NCBI GenBank assembly: GCA_049512935.1
Contig: JBEKWR010000003.1
Span: 64,001 to 128,000 of the forward strand
Length of the DNA: 64,000 nucleotides
Source of the DNA: Candidatus Bathyarchaeia archaeon
GTDB lineage: Archaea; Thermoproteota; Bathyarchaeia; Bathyarchaeales; Bathycorpusculaceae
Direction of reading: 5' to 3'
A program made the translations under genes and the position numbers. The notes beneath the pieces are model-generated. The model had not been told where the DNA came from and made no database searches. It worked only from the letters and a program-made list of their open reading frames with translations. Of the stretch, positions 17,862 to 27,609 are shown piece by piece. The first letter of the stretch is position 1; every line of letters begins with the position of its first letter.

Positions 17862-19826
17862 CTAACTCCAAGTTTTCTGGGTTTCACCCTCGTTTTCCAC
17901 CTTCTTTGTCAACGCCAGATTCAGCTCCGCAATCGTGTCCCTAAGTTCAATGGCGCGTTCGAAGTCAAGTTTCTCGGCGGCTTTCCTCATCTGCGCGTCA
18001 AGCTCAATTATCTGGCGCTGAATGTCTGACTTCGGCAGGTGCTTTACACCCTTAATCTTGCCCTCCTTAAGCGACACGCTCTTCACTATCGTCTTAGGCG
18101 TGATGCCGTGGATTTGGTTGTAGCGTTTCTGGAAGGCGCGCCTGTAATTCGTAATTTCCATCGCCCGCTTGATCGACGCTGTCTCCACGTCGGCGTAAAG
18201 GAAGACTTTGCCGTTGACGTTTCTTGCTGCTCGCCCGATGGTTTGGATGAGGCTTCGCTCGTCCCGCAGAAAACCCTCCTTGTCAGCGTCCAAAATGAAG
18301 ATGGTGGCGACCTCTGGGATGTCTAAGCCTTCACGCAGCAGGTTTATGCCTACTAAAATGTCGAAGTCGCCCACGCGCAGTTGCCGCACAAGTTCTATGC
18401 GGTCTAAGCTTTCGATGTCTGAGTGCATGTATCTTACGCGGAAGCCTTCTTTGACAAGGTAATCCGCAAGGTCTTCAGCCATCCGTTTCGTAAGCGTCGT
18501 GATTAGGATGCGGTCGCCGCGCTCGATGGTTTTCTTAGCTTCAGCCATCAGGTGCTGCATCTGCCCAGCGATCGGGTGAAGCTCCACTTCAGGGTCTAAA
18601 AGACCCGTTGGACGCGTGATGAGTTCGACGGGTGGGCCGCTCTTTTCCAGCTCGTACTCGGCTGGGGTCGCGGAGGCGAAGAGGACTTTGCCCATTTTTC
18701 CCTCAAACTCCTCAAACCTTAAGGGTCTGTTGTCGAGGGCGCTGGGAAGTCGGAAGCCGAAGTCTACGAGGTTCTTTTTTCTTGAGTAGTCACCGTTGTA
18801 CATCGCGTGTGCCTGCGGAATCGTCTGGTGGCTCTCGTCGATGATGAGCAGGTAATCTTTGGGGAAGTAATCCATCAGTGTGAACGGCGGCTCGCCTGGT
18901 CTGCGCCCGTCAAAGTGCCTGCTGTAGTTCTCCATGCCTGCGCAGAAGCCGATTTCCCGTATCATCTCCAAATCGTAGTTTGTCCGTTGCTTTAGCCTTT
19001 GAGCCTCAAGCGGCGGCAGATCGGGAAGCCTCTGCTCTAACTCCTGCTTGATATGCTCAAGCGCGAGTGCATGCTTCTCTTCGGGAACAACGTACTGGCG
19101 TGCAGGGTAAAGAGTAAGCTTGTCAACTGTGACTTTGACGTCGCCTGTTATGTGGTTGACTTCTTTAAGTTTGCCAACCGTGTTTGCGTCGAGTTCAACC
19201 CGTAAAATATCGTTCTCGTAGGAGGGCACGATGTCCACTGAGTTGCCTCGCACGCGGAACCTGCCAGGCTCAAGCACCATGTCACATCGTTCGTACTGCA
19301 TGTCAACCAGCGCATGGATCAGGTCTTGCCTTGAAATTTGCTTTCCAACCGCCAAGTCCAGCGCCATTTTTCTGAAGTCGTCCGGGTTTCCAAGGCTGTA
19401 GATGCAGCTTATGCTGGCGACTATTATGGTGTCGTTTCGGCTGACCAGGCTGGAGACAGCGTGCATACGCATCTTCTCGATTTCCTCGTTCACGTCAGAG
19501 TCTTTTTCAATGTACATGTCCTGCGCTGGCAAGTACGATTCAGGCTGATAGAAATCGTAGAAGCTGATGAAGTATTCAACGCGGTTGTTCGGGAAGTAGG
19601 ATTTCAACTCGGCATAGAGCTGCGCTGCCAAAATCTTGTTGTGCGAGATTATCAGGGTTGGCTTTTGCAGGCGGTTGATCACGTTAGCCATGACAAACGT
19701 CTTTCCTGAACCAGTCAAGCCCAGAAGCGTCTGCTTATCCTTCGTTGCGAAGTTGCTTACGAGTTGGTCGACGGCTTTTTCCTGACCGGGAGAAATCTTA
19801 AAAGGCGCATTTAGCTCGAACTGCAT
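17862..19826 (-). CDS. uvrB: excinuclease ABC subunit B
   Basis: GLTGSGKT, YQPESY, DESH, NLLREGLD, UVR C-terminus; ATG at 19826 follows GGAGAG. Confidence 0.97.
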   Translation of the reverse strand: MQFELNAPFKISPGQEKAVDQLVSNFATKDKQTLLGLTGSGKTFVMANVINRLQKPTLIISHNKILAAQLYAELKSYFPNNRVEYFISFYDFYQPESYLPAQDMYIEKDSDVNEEIEKMRMHAVSSLVSRNDTIIVASISCIYSLGNPDDFRKMALDLAVGKQISRQDLIHALVDMQYERCDMVLEPGRFRVRGNSVDIVPSYENDILRVELDANTVGKLKEVNHITGDVKVTVDKLTLYPARQYVVPEEKHALALEHIKQELEQRLPDLPPLEAQRLKQRTNYDLEMIREIGFCAGMENYSRHFDGRRPGEPPFTLMDYFPKDYLLIIDESHQTIPQAHAMYNGDYSRKKNLVDFGFRLPSALDNRPLRFEEFEGKMGKVLFASATPAEYELEKSGPPVELITRPTGLLDPEVELHPIAGQMQHLMAEAKKTIERGDRILITTLTKRMAEDLADYLVKEGFRVRYMHSDIESLDRIELVRQLRVGDFDILVGINLLREGLDIPEVATIFILDADKEGFLRDERSLIQTIGRAARNVNGKVFLYADVETASIKRAMEITNYRRAFQKRYNQIHGITPKTIVKSVSLKEGKIKGVKHLPKSDIQRQIIELDAQMRKAAEKLDFERAIELRDTIAELNLALTKKVENEGETQKTWS

Positions 19827-19936
19827 TGTTTCTCTCCACAAACTGACAAGAAATGACCCTACAAGTTGAACTAATAAGGCTTTTTCTAAAACCACTCCTT
19901 ATCTCCAAGATGACTCAGTCTTCTGATAACAAGAAT

Positions 19937-20587
19937 TTACGGTAGAGGGATTCCGCCAATCCACACTGGGACAATCTGGAAACTTGTTATCTCCATTTTA
20001 CTTGTTGTTGCTAAATAAATAGAAATAGTTGCCGTCTCCCCGCCGTTTAGGCCCGCAAATGACAATGAGTCTGGTGGGAGTCCCACCTGAGTTAAATCAG
20101 TTGCGTTAATTTCATTGTTGCCGCTAAATATTTTTGCGGTCAAGAAAACATAGGCGAAAGCTGGAGTTGGATTATTCAGGAACTGGGCGGGCGGTGGGTA
20201 CTGTGCCGAGTAATCGTTGCGTACGGTGACGTTTATGATGACGCATGGTTCCCCTTTTTCAACAACTGGCGGACCACCTTGTTGACCCATGGCGCTGCGG
20301 GTGGGGTAAGGATAGAAACCGGAACTTAAGTTTGTGGAAACGACAAAAATTCTGGTGATGTTGCCCCTGAATGATAGGTAGTAGCCAGATGCGGGTTGAA
20401 CTTTTCCAATAACTGGTTTTACGGCTTGAGGCAGCGAATTACGCGAGATTTCGGGTATGACCCAGAATGCAGACAACAATATTGTTGCAACTGCTATTAA
20501 TGCCGCTAAGACTACGAGTTTTTTCTTTAGGCTAAAATGATTCAAACTGTTTTCTGGGTTCTTCATCACTGAATCCTTATTTTTCAA
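19937..20587 (-). CDS. membrane-anchored secreted hypothetical protein
   Basis: KKK plus hydrophobic helix near N-terminus, then beta-rich domain with NxS/T sequons. Confidence 0.7.
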   Translation of the reverse strand: MKNKDSVMKNPENSLNHFSLKKKLVVLAALIAVATILLSAFWVIPEISRNSLPQAVKPVIGKVQPASGYYLSFRGNITRIFVVSTNLSSGFYPYPTRSAMGQQGGPPVVEKGEPCVIINVTVRNDYSAQYPPPAQFLNNPTPAFAYVFLTAKIFSGNNEINATDLTQVGLPPDSLSFAGLNGGETATISIYLATTSKMEITSFQIVPVWIGGIPLP

Positions 20588-20697
20588 ATCTTTTAAGGCT
20601 ATACATTAGAACAGCGCGTTCAAGCGAGATACTAAAGTTGAAATTTTTCTGTGAAGGCAGTTTACCAAAGATCGATGAACTTCTGCAAAAGCTGGAC

Positions 20698-20934
20698 CTA
20701 AAAAGGCCGCGTCTTTTCAGGGCGTCTTCCGGAAAGCAAGACAAAAACAAGACCCAACACCACTAGAACGATGCTGAGTACGTCGAAAATTATCAGTCTG
20801 TTAGTACTTTTTATGTAGTTAAAATGGTAAAGCAGGGACGAAAGAGTCAGAAAGAACACTCCGATAATTATGATTATTAATCCCTGCAAGAGCGACTTTG
20901 TCGGCATCTTAACATCACCAAGCCATAACAGCAA
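20698..20934 (-). CDS. small two-TM membrane protein
   Basis: Two hydrophobic helices; GGTGAT before internal ATG (MPTKS). Confidence 0.55.
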   Translation of the reverse strand: MLLWLGDVKMPTKSLLQGLIIIIIGVFFLTLSSLLYHFNYIKSTNRLIIFDVLSIVLVVLGLVFVLLSGRRPEKTRPF

Positions 20935-21064
20935 TTATTCCTGCTTAGAATTGAATGAATCCCTTCCGTTTTAGCTTTTCGAAACCGCTGTTTTTGCCGC
21001 CGATCCCTTTCATTTACCCGATATTGAACGAAGAAGCCGTTGACTGGGTACTCGGCCTTTTTTC

Positions 21065-21358
21065 TTACACGACTTTTAGTGTGCCGAATTTGCCTGCGTT
21101 TAGCTGGATTTCGCCTTTGAAGCTGGTTATGTAGCCGTTGTCGATTTTTATGTTGTCGCCAACGTTAACCATGTCGATCTGCTCGTTCCACAGTGTCAGC
21201 TTGATGCTGCCCGTCTCGTCCGCAACCACGGCGTCGACGATGCGGTAAGTTTCATCTTTAAAACGTGATTTGACTTCTCTCGGGTCGCCTTTTTCAACAA
21301 CTTTCGCTTCAACGCTAACCCGTTTCATCCCATTCTGCAAATCCTTAATAGCTGTCAA
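21065..21358 (-). CDS. ssb: single OB-fold ssDNA-binding protein (crenarchaeal-type SSB)
   Basis: VADETGSIKLTLW, GDNIKIDNGYIT.FKG.IQLN.GK. Confidence 0.85.
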   Translation of the reverse strand: MTAIKDLQNGMKRVSVEAKVVEKGDPREVKSRFKDETYRIVDAVVADETGSIKLTLWNEQIDMVNVGDNIKIDNGYITSFKGEIQLNAGKFGTLKVV

Positions 21359-21497
21359 TTTGAGTCACCCTAAACAGTAAATTTCCCGCTTCAGATTTTC
21401 ACTTCCAGAATTTGTGCCCTTCAATCATATAAATCTTGCCTTAACCCCGCTTAAGCGCGTGGAAAAAGGGGAAAAAAGGGTGAAGCGGCGGCTTATC

Positions 21498-22778
21498 TTA
21501 GATTGGGATGCTGAACAGCAGCAGCAAGAATATTGTGAGGCCGACGCTGACGCCTGCGATCCCAATTCTCTTCGTCATCGAGAACGCCGGGTTAATGTGG
21601 CCTATTATGACGGTGCATAAGTAACCCAGCCAGACGTACGAAATGACGAACAGCGCCAAGACGAGGGTGCTGAAGCCAGAGGTCGCCGAAAGGACAGCGT
21701 TAACAGCCGCTTGGGACTGTGCTGACAGTAAACCCACCATCTGCGACGGGTAGGATATTGCGCCGAGGATGGTTGGTGCACTGCCAATCGACGCGTCATA
21801 GGGAAAGTAAAGATTGTTCAGCGTGAACGTGGCGAGGAAACCGACCAAGGCTCGGACAACCATCACAAACATTGCGAAAGCCACGGCAACGAACAGCGGC
21901 TTCCACGTGAGCGGCGCTTTGAACGCTTTAAACAGCAGGTAGATTAGTCCTGTCAAGAGCAGCCAAGTGAAAATGAACTGCAGAGAATATGCCTCCAGGA
22001 AGCTTGCTGAAGCCACGGCGCCTTCAAATGACAGGGGCGACTCGTACTGCCCGCGGAAGAACAACCCGCCTATGCGGATTGTTATGTTCGAGTCGGCTGG
22101 GTAGGTGAAGTCCAGTTTTATAGCCGTGATGTTTCCCCAGTTTGGAGCGCCGTTGGTTGTCCAGCCTTGGCTTGCGGGTCCAAGCGGGATGGTTAGGTTT
22201 TGCCAGACGTTGATTAAAGACGTGGTCGACAGGGAAGAGGTTAACTGGTAATTGTAATAGTTTGAGTCGTTAAGCGAGTACAGGGTTAAAGTTGCGCTCT
22301 GAGGAACCGTCTGAGGCGACACCAACTTTAGGGTCATGGAAAGGTTCTCAAAACCGTTGGGGGCGCAGTTAACGTTAAAGAGGTCCTGCAGGGTGGCAGA
22401 GGCGCTGTTTGCGTTCGGCGCGTCGATTTCTAAGCTGCTGGGACCCTTAGTGTTAGTGTAGTTTGTGAACAGATTGTAGTATCCTATGCTTGACCCAGCG
22501 TAAACTGTGTAGTTGAAGTAGTCTGCGTAATTGTTGCTTAAGCTGACGCCTGTGCTGTTGGTCCACAACGTAGCGTTGGTGTACTGTGCCAACTCGCCGA
22601 TGGACGGCGTTGTGTTTTCCACTTGGGTTTTGGCAAACTGAACGTATTCAAAGCCGAACTGCAAGCCGAGGAACAGTACGAAAACGAGAAGCACTCCAAG
22701 ATACTTGGGGTTCTCAATTATCTTTTTGAAGGCTTTCACGGGTGTGTAAAGTACTTGCGCCATGTCGTCTAGAATCAA
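21498..22778 (-). CDS. Yip1-like membrane protein with large extracellular insert
   Basis: VLYTP.KAFK.I.ENP Yip1-type start, about 200-aa N/S/T-rich insert, 4 C-terminal TMs. Confidence 0.7.
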   Translation of the reverse strand: MILDDMAQVLYTPVKAFKKIIENPKYLGVLLVFVLFLGLQFGFEYVQFAKTQVENTTPSIGELAQYTNATLWTNSTGVSLSNNYADYFNYTVYAGSSIGYYNLFTNYTNTKGPSSLEIDAPNANSASATLQDLFNVNCAPNGFENLSMTLKLVSPQTVPQSATLTLYSLNDSNYYNYQLTSSLSTTSLINVWQNLTIPLGPASQGWTTNGAPNWGNITAIKLDFTYPADSNITIRIGGLFFRGQYESPLSFEGAVASASFLEAYSLQFIFTWLLLTGLIYLLFKAFKAPLTWKPLFVAVAFAMFVMVVRALVGFLATFTLNNLYFPYDASIGSAPTILGAISYPSQMVGLLSAQSQAAVNAVLSATSGFSTLVLALFVISYVWLGYLCTVIIGHINPAFSMTKRIGIAGVSVGLTIFLLLLFSIPI

Positions 22779-22830
22779 TCTTTTGACTTCCTCGCTATGT
22801 CAGTTCCGTGGTGATTTATTTAAGTATTTG

Positions 22831-24339
22831 TCACATTCCCATTTTGAGCCGTCGATACGTCGTGTAATCCACGTACTCTATGAACGGGTTCTCAGCTTGG
22901 AATTTAACATTGACCTTCTGGTGCTTTCGCTTGTCGATAAGCTGGCTTGTGGTTCTAAGCAGGTACGCGTCGCTTCCAGCGCCTGAACCGTAGCTGCCGA
23001 CCAAGATAAGTTCTTCAGGCTTTGCAACGTCAAGCACCGACGCTAAACCCACGGGCACGCAGCCGGAGTAGGTGTTGCCGAACTTGTTAATCTGAAGCGC
23101 GGGCAAGTACTGCTCTTCCTTAAACCCAAGCTCCTTAGCCATCCTGACTGGGAACACTGGGTTAGGCTGATGAGCAACGAAGTAGGCTAAGTCGCTTGCT
23201 TTAAGGTTGAAACGCTCCATAAGCTTGCAGGTTGCCTTGCGAACATGCTTAAAATACGCGGGGTCACCAGTGAATCTTCCGCCATGACTCGGGAACTGTT
23301 CGCCGTCTCTGCGCCAGAAATCAGGCGTGTCAGACGTGCAGCTGTACCATCCCTCCACCTGAGCGATCACGTCGTTTTTCCCGAAAATGAAGGCGGCGCC
23401 GCCGTAGCCGACAAACGTGTCCAGTTCGCCGCCTGGGCAGCCTCTGGGCGCAGCTTGCGCGTTATCCGCGCCGATAGCCATGGCGTATTCTATGCCCGAG
23501 CGTGGGTAACTAACAAGGGAACAGGCGTCCTTATACATGCTTGTAGCCGCCTTGCAGGCAAACTCGGTGTCGACCGCGTCGACGCCTTGGACGTCGCCGT
23601 CTTCTTCGCCGAGCTTAAGAACCTGAGCTACCTTCGCCGCGATAGGCTTAACTGAGTACGGGTTGGATTCTGAGCCGACGTAGACTTTTCCGATCAGTTT
23701 GCTGTCGACGCCTGAGTGGACCAGCGCCATTTTTCCAGCCTCCACCGACGCGGTCACTGAGTCTTCGTCGAGGAAGGGGACGGCTCGCTCCAGCTCGGCT
23801 TCTTTTATTCTGAACCTTGAAATGTAAACGCCATAGCCCACGACTCCTGGCACGTCGTACTCCTTGGTGGGTGCCACAACCTTGTACTCTTGATGCGGGT
23901 AATACTCGTCGGCTAAAGTGAAAGCCAAGGAGATCGTTGGGATAACATCGCTTTTGCTCACGGAGTAGCGCCTGCGGAAGCGGGGAACAACCTCTCTTCC
24001 CTCAAGGTTCGACAAGTCAACCTCTTTGCCGTCGCAGATTAACTGGTCAGTCAGCCTTGCTGGCACGCGGATTTTGCCGTCGTGAAAAGAAACAATCCCG
24101 TAAACGAAGTTCGAGAGCTTCATGAACTTGTTGGTGGGTTCGTTGACGAAGGTGCATAACTCCAGTTTTCCCTTGTCATAAAACAGGTCGATGCTGTCCA
24201 TTTTTCCGTAGCTTTTTCTGCCGCAGTTGCTGCAGTAATCGCGGACTTCAAAGTATTCTTTGCCGCAGCATTGGCATCGGCTTGCCCGTAACCTGTCACC
24301 TAAATAAGAAACCCGCCGCTCTATCGGTTCACTGCTCAA
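22831..24339 (-). CDS. DUF35 (Zn-ribbon/OB)-HMG-CoA synthase fusion
   Basis: N-terminal CQCCG...CSNCG plus OB region; HMGCS GSES, EFACKAA, HQPN, GNTYSG, SYGSGAGSD. Confidence 0.9.
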   Translation of the reverse strand: MSSEPIERRVSYLGDRLRASRCQCCGKEYFEVRDYCSNCGRKSYGKMDSIDLFYDKGKLELCTFVNEPTNKFMKLSNFVYGIVSFHDGKIRVPARLTDQLICDGKEVDLSNLEGREVVPRFRRRYSVSKSDVIPTISLAFTLADEYYPHQEYKVVAPTKEYDVPGVVGYGVYISRFRIKEAELERAVPFLDEDSVTASVEAGKMALVHSGVDSKLIGKVYVGSESNPYSVKPIAAKVAQVLKLGEEDGDVQGVDAVDTEFACKAATSMYKDACSLVSYPRSGIEYAMAIGADNAQAAPRGCPGGELDTFVGYGGAAFIFGKNDVIAQVEGWYSCTSDTPDFWRRDGEQFPSHGGRFTGDPAYFKHVRKATCKLMERFNLKASDLAYFVAHQPNPVFPVRMAKELGFKEEQYLPALQINKFGNTYSGCVPVGLASVLDVAKPEELILVGSYGSGAGSDAYLLRTTSQLIDKRKHQKVNVKFQAENPFIEYVDYTTYRRLKMGM

Positions 24340-25556
24340 TCTTTCCTCTCTCCTAAAATAGTGACGTAAGCCTTAGTTCCGAAGCCTTCAAACTCCGAAA
24401 CGCAGCCGCTCTTCGGTAAGCCGCCGTCAACGTTGACTTGACGCGTCCCAGCTTGCCCTTTCAGTTGGCGGTAAATCTCAAAAATCTGAGCCCCGCCAGT
24501 GGCGCCAAACGGGTTCCCATCCGCTTTTAACCCGCCGTCAGTGTTAACGTAAAGTTGCCTACCGTTCACTTCATAGAAGTGCTTGTTGCCCAGGTAGCTT
24601 TCGTAAATGCTTTTCCAAGCCTCTCCAGGCTTGCAGAAGCCCAAGTCCTCAAGGGAAACAAGCTCCATCACTGTTGACTGATCGTTTATTTCGATGACTT
24701 GAATGTCAGACAGGGCGGTCTTCGCCATCTGCGCGGCGTTCTTCATCGCGATTTCAGCCGCGACAAAACGAGACAGGTCCTCCCTTGCAGTGTAGTTCAG
24801 ATAGTCAGTTGCTGAAGTGCAGGCGAGAACGTGAACTGGGCTGTCGCACAGCTTTTTGGCTGCCGCCTCACTCATGAGAACCAACGCGGAAGCGCCGTCA
24901 GAAATCGGGGCGAAATCGAACATGCCCAAGGGCTTCTGCGCGGTTTTCCTCGCGTTTAGAACTTGCTGAACCGTGATTGCCCTCTGGTACTGCGCGTACT
25001 TGTTTTTGGTTGCGTTCGCGTGGTTCTTAACCGAAACCTGCGCCAAGGCAATGTTGAGTTTGTCAAGATTTTCGCCCGTTACATGATGCGCTTTAATGTA
25101 GGCTCTCAGCATCAACTCATGGTTGGATTCAGGCGTGCCGCCTGCATAGTAACTCCATGGATCCTCCAGAAGCATGAGGTCGTCGCGTATTTTGTCCCAG
25201 CGATCCGTCATTTTTTCTATGCCGCCGACCAGAACGGTGTCGTAGACTCCAGCCTGAATCGCGTGGCAAGCCGTCAACAAGGCAGCGCTGAAAGATCGGG
25301 TTGTCTCCATGGGCACATGAAGCTCAGTGAGCTCCGAGAGAAAACCCTCTTCCAAACCCAGCTTGTTCGTGATTGGGAGAAAACAGTCTGACATGTAGCA
25401 GGCTTCAAGGTCTTTGCGTTCGATGCCGCACTCGTTTGAAGCGGCAAGCCAAGCTTCCTCAATGAGCTTCTCAGGTTCTTTGCCGTAGTGCTCCCCAAAC
25501 TTGGTTCTGCCCACAGCAACTATGACCGGTCGGTTTTGCAAGACAAGACCTTCCAT
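24336..25556 (-). CDS. thiolase-fold protein with degenerate active site
   Basis: GRTKFG, VGGIEKM, KNHANA, PISDGASA, GGLK..G.P.GATG scaffold; start ATG 25556 or TTG 25541. Confidence 0.88.
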   Translation of the reverse strand: MEGLVLQNRPVIVAVGRTKFGEHYGKEPEKLIEEAWLAASNECGIERKDLEACYMSDCFLPITNKLGLEEGFLSELTELHVPMETTRSFSAALLTACHAIQAGVYDTVLVGGIEKMTDRWDKIRDDLMLLEDPWSYYAGGTPESNHELMLRAYIKAHHVTGENLDKLNIALAQVSVKNHANATKNKYAQYQRAITVQQVLNARKTAQKPLGMFDFAPISDGASALVLMSEAAAKKLCDSPVHVLACTSATDYLNYTAREDLSRFVAAEIAMKNAAQMAKTALSDIQVIEINDQSTVMELVSLEDLGFCKPGEAWKSIYESYLGNKHFYEVNGRQLYVNTDGGLKADGNPFGATGGAQIFEIYRQLKGQAGTRQVNVDGGLPKSGCVSEFEGFGTKAYVTILGERKD

Positions 25557-25936
25557 TTTACAGTAGCACTTAACATTTTCTGGAAAGGCTATTAAGGGTT
25601 TGCCATTTCTCGCACAAAATACGCCTGAAAGGCGATTAACCAATATACCGAGCGAGGCAACTCTCATCAGCTTGCGATTGCTTGGGGAAAGTAAAGGCTT
25701 GTTCGCTGGTCTTCCGCAGCGGGTAGACGGCGTGTTTTACAGGTGCGAGTACATAAACCAATGCGGCAAGGTCACGCGTCAATGTTGGCAAGGCGGAAAC
25801 AGCTACTGCAGCGAATACAAAAAGAGTGTCAGCCAAAAAAAGAAGAAAAAACTAAGCAGCCGCAAGAAATTGGGTATGTTCCGCAACTGGGAACTTTTTT
25901 AAGCAAATCACAACATATTCCCTTCGAGGCTGAGAA

Positions 25937-26935
25937 ATGTTCGTAGACTCAATCGACATCAAAGAATTCAGAGGCATAGAACACTGCAAAACTCCGCTTT
26001 CACTTTCCAAATTCACAGTATTAATCGGCAGAAACAACTCGGGAAAATCTTCAGTTCTGGAAGCGCTCTCTCTTCTTCCTCATCCATCGAATACACTTGC
26101 TTATACCAGTCAAAATAGATTGGGCTTTGTCGAAAAGCTGCACGGCGGAAGAACATCGATGGTTTACGGATATTCTGGCACTTCAACAATCACATATAAT
26201 CTCAAAGGTAAAATTTGGACGCTACATGTCAGCGATAATGAAAATTCTAGTGCCAGTTTAGAAATCGATGGCGTTTCTACCAGCGATATTTATGGACAAA
26301 TCGCAAACGCTCTCAATATAACCAAACTGGGTGATTTTATTTCAAAAATAAATGATGAAGTTTTCTTTATTCCTACAGATAGTACTTTTGTTGATTCGAT
26401 GTTTTCTAAGCTTAACACAGAACAATACCGTAATATTGTTACAAAAAGTGGTGCTAACGTTAATGTCGCAAAAGAACTTGTTAACAAATGTGTAGATGAT
26501 AAGTACACGGAAATCCTATTTGCACCTGACTTAAGTGCTAGGAAAGAACGAGGTGAAGGAAGGTCACCACTGTACGTGAAGGTTAAAGACTTGGGCGCCG
26601 GGATTGAGAAAACGGTGATAATAACACTTTGGCTTGAAGCACAAAAACCTTCTCTTGTTCTTTGGGACGATTTCGAGGGTTCAGCTCACCCAGCTCTGAT
26701 TAAAGTTCTGCTTGAATGGCTTAGCAAAAAACCGTGGCAGGTGGTTATGTCAACGCATAGTATTGACGTTTTAACCAGTTTACTTGAAGTCCGCCCAAAA
26801 GAAACAAAAGTTATCCAACTAAAGAAGACTGATTCTGATGTTTTGCTTCATGAGGATTTGACTTTAGAGCAATTGGAAGATGTAGTAGAAACCAGCCAAG
26901 ACCCACGAAAACTCGTCGATTTCTTAAAACTCTAG
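25937..26935 (+). CDS. ABC-type (AAA_15/AAA_21, OLD-like) ATPase
   Basis: GRNNSGKS, DLGAG signature, LWDDFE..AHP, STHS. Confidence 0.88.
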   Translation: MFVDSIDIKEFRGIEHCKTPLSLSKFTVLIGRNNSGKSSVLEALSLLPHPSNTLAYTSQNRLGFVEKLHGGRTSMVYGYSGTSTITYNLKGKIWTLHVSDNENSSASLEIDGVSTSDIYGQIANALNITKLGDFISKINDEVFFIPTDSTFVDSMFSKLNTEQYRNIVTKSGANVNVAKELVNKCVDDKYTEILFAPDLSARKERGEGRSPLYVKVKDLGAGIEKTVIITLWLEAQKPSLVLWDDFEGSAHPALIKVLLEWLSKKPWQVVMSTHSIDVLTSLLEVRPKETKVIQLKKTDSDVLLHEDLTLEQLEDVVETSQDPRKLVDFLKL

Positions 26936-26949
26936 TTCAAAGTGATAAA

Positions 26950-27602
26950 ATGCGCCCAATCAACGATTTCGGAAGAACAATGCGTGCCGAATTAGTCACT
27001 GTGGCGTTGACTGGGGACGGAAAGACTGAAGCCAACATATTGAGAGCGATGGCTGAAAGGTACAATGGTGCAGAGCATGCATTAAAACTCCCTGAAAACA
27101 TAGCCCTTCTTGGGCATGGAAATAGAAAAACCGAACACTTGACAGGCTACTCAACACTTCGAGCCGTCCAAACCTACGTAACCAAATTTGGTTTTGCCAA
27201 GTTTGTATTTCTTATGGATGTTGAACACGTTGAAACACCAAAAAATATGTGCTCTGAAATATCTGAACGGTTAAAGGCGTTGGGTTTTAGCTCGCCTAAT
27301 ATTGAAATTTTAACTAGCCAAGCTTTTTTGGTATCATGTAACCTCGGATCTAATGAAGTCTCAATTCATGTGGTAATTGCGGGAAAAAGAAGTGTGTCGA
27401 GGAAAATATAGCGGTGTTAATTCGTCTTGAATACGGAGTTCAGGTTTCACCTCGCGAGCATGATGTTCATGTTTTTCTAAAAGAGCACAGAATAGACCTC
27501 TATGGGCTAATCAAAAACTCAAACATCAACAACCTAAGAACAGCCTTCAAAGATTTAATCTCAGTATTTGAAAAAATCGAAGAGCTAAATTTAAAGAACT
27601 AG
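26950..27602 (+). pseudogene. TOPRIM-like (DUF3226/OLD-type) partner split by a -1 frameshift
   Basis: ALTGDGKTE and FLMDVE; frame continues in -1 from G GGA AAA (27381) as KKCVEENIAVLIRLEY to 27602. Confidence 0.6.
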
Positions 27603-27609
27603 TAAATTC

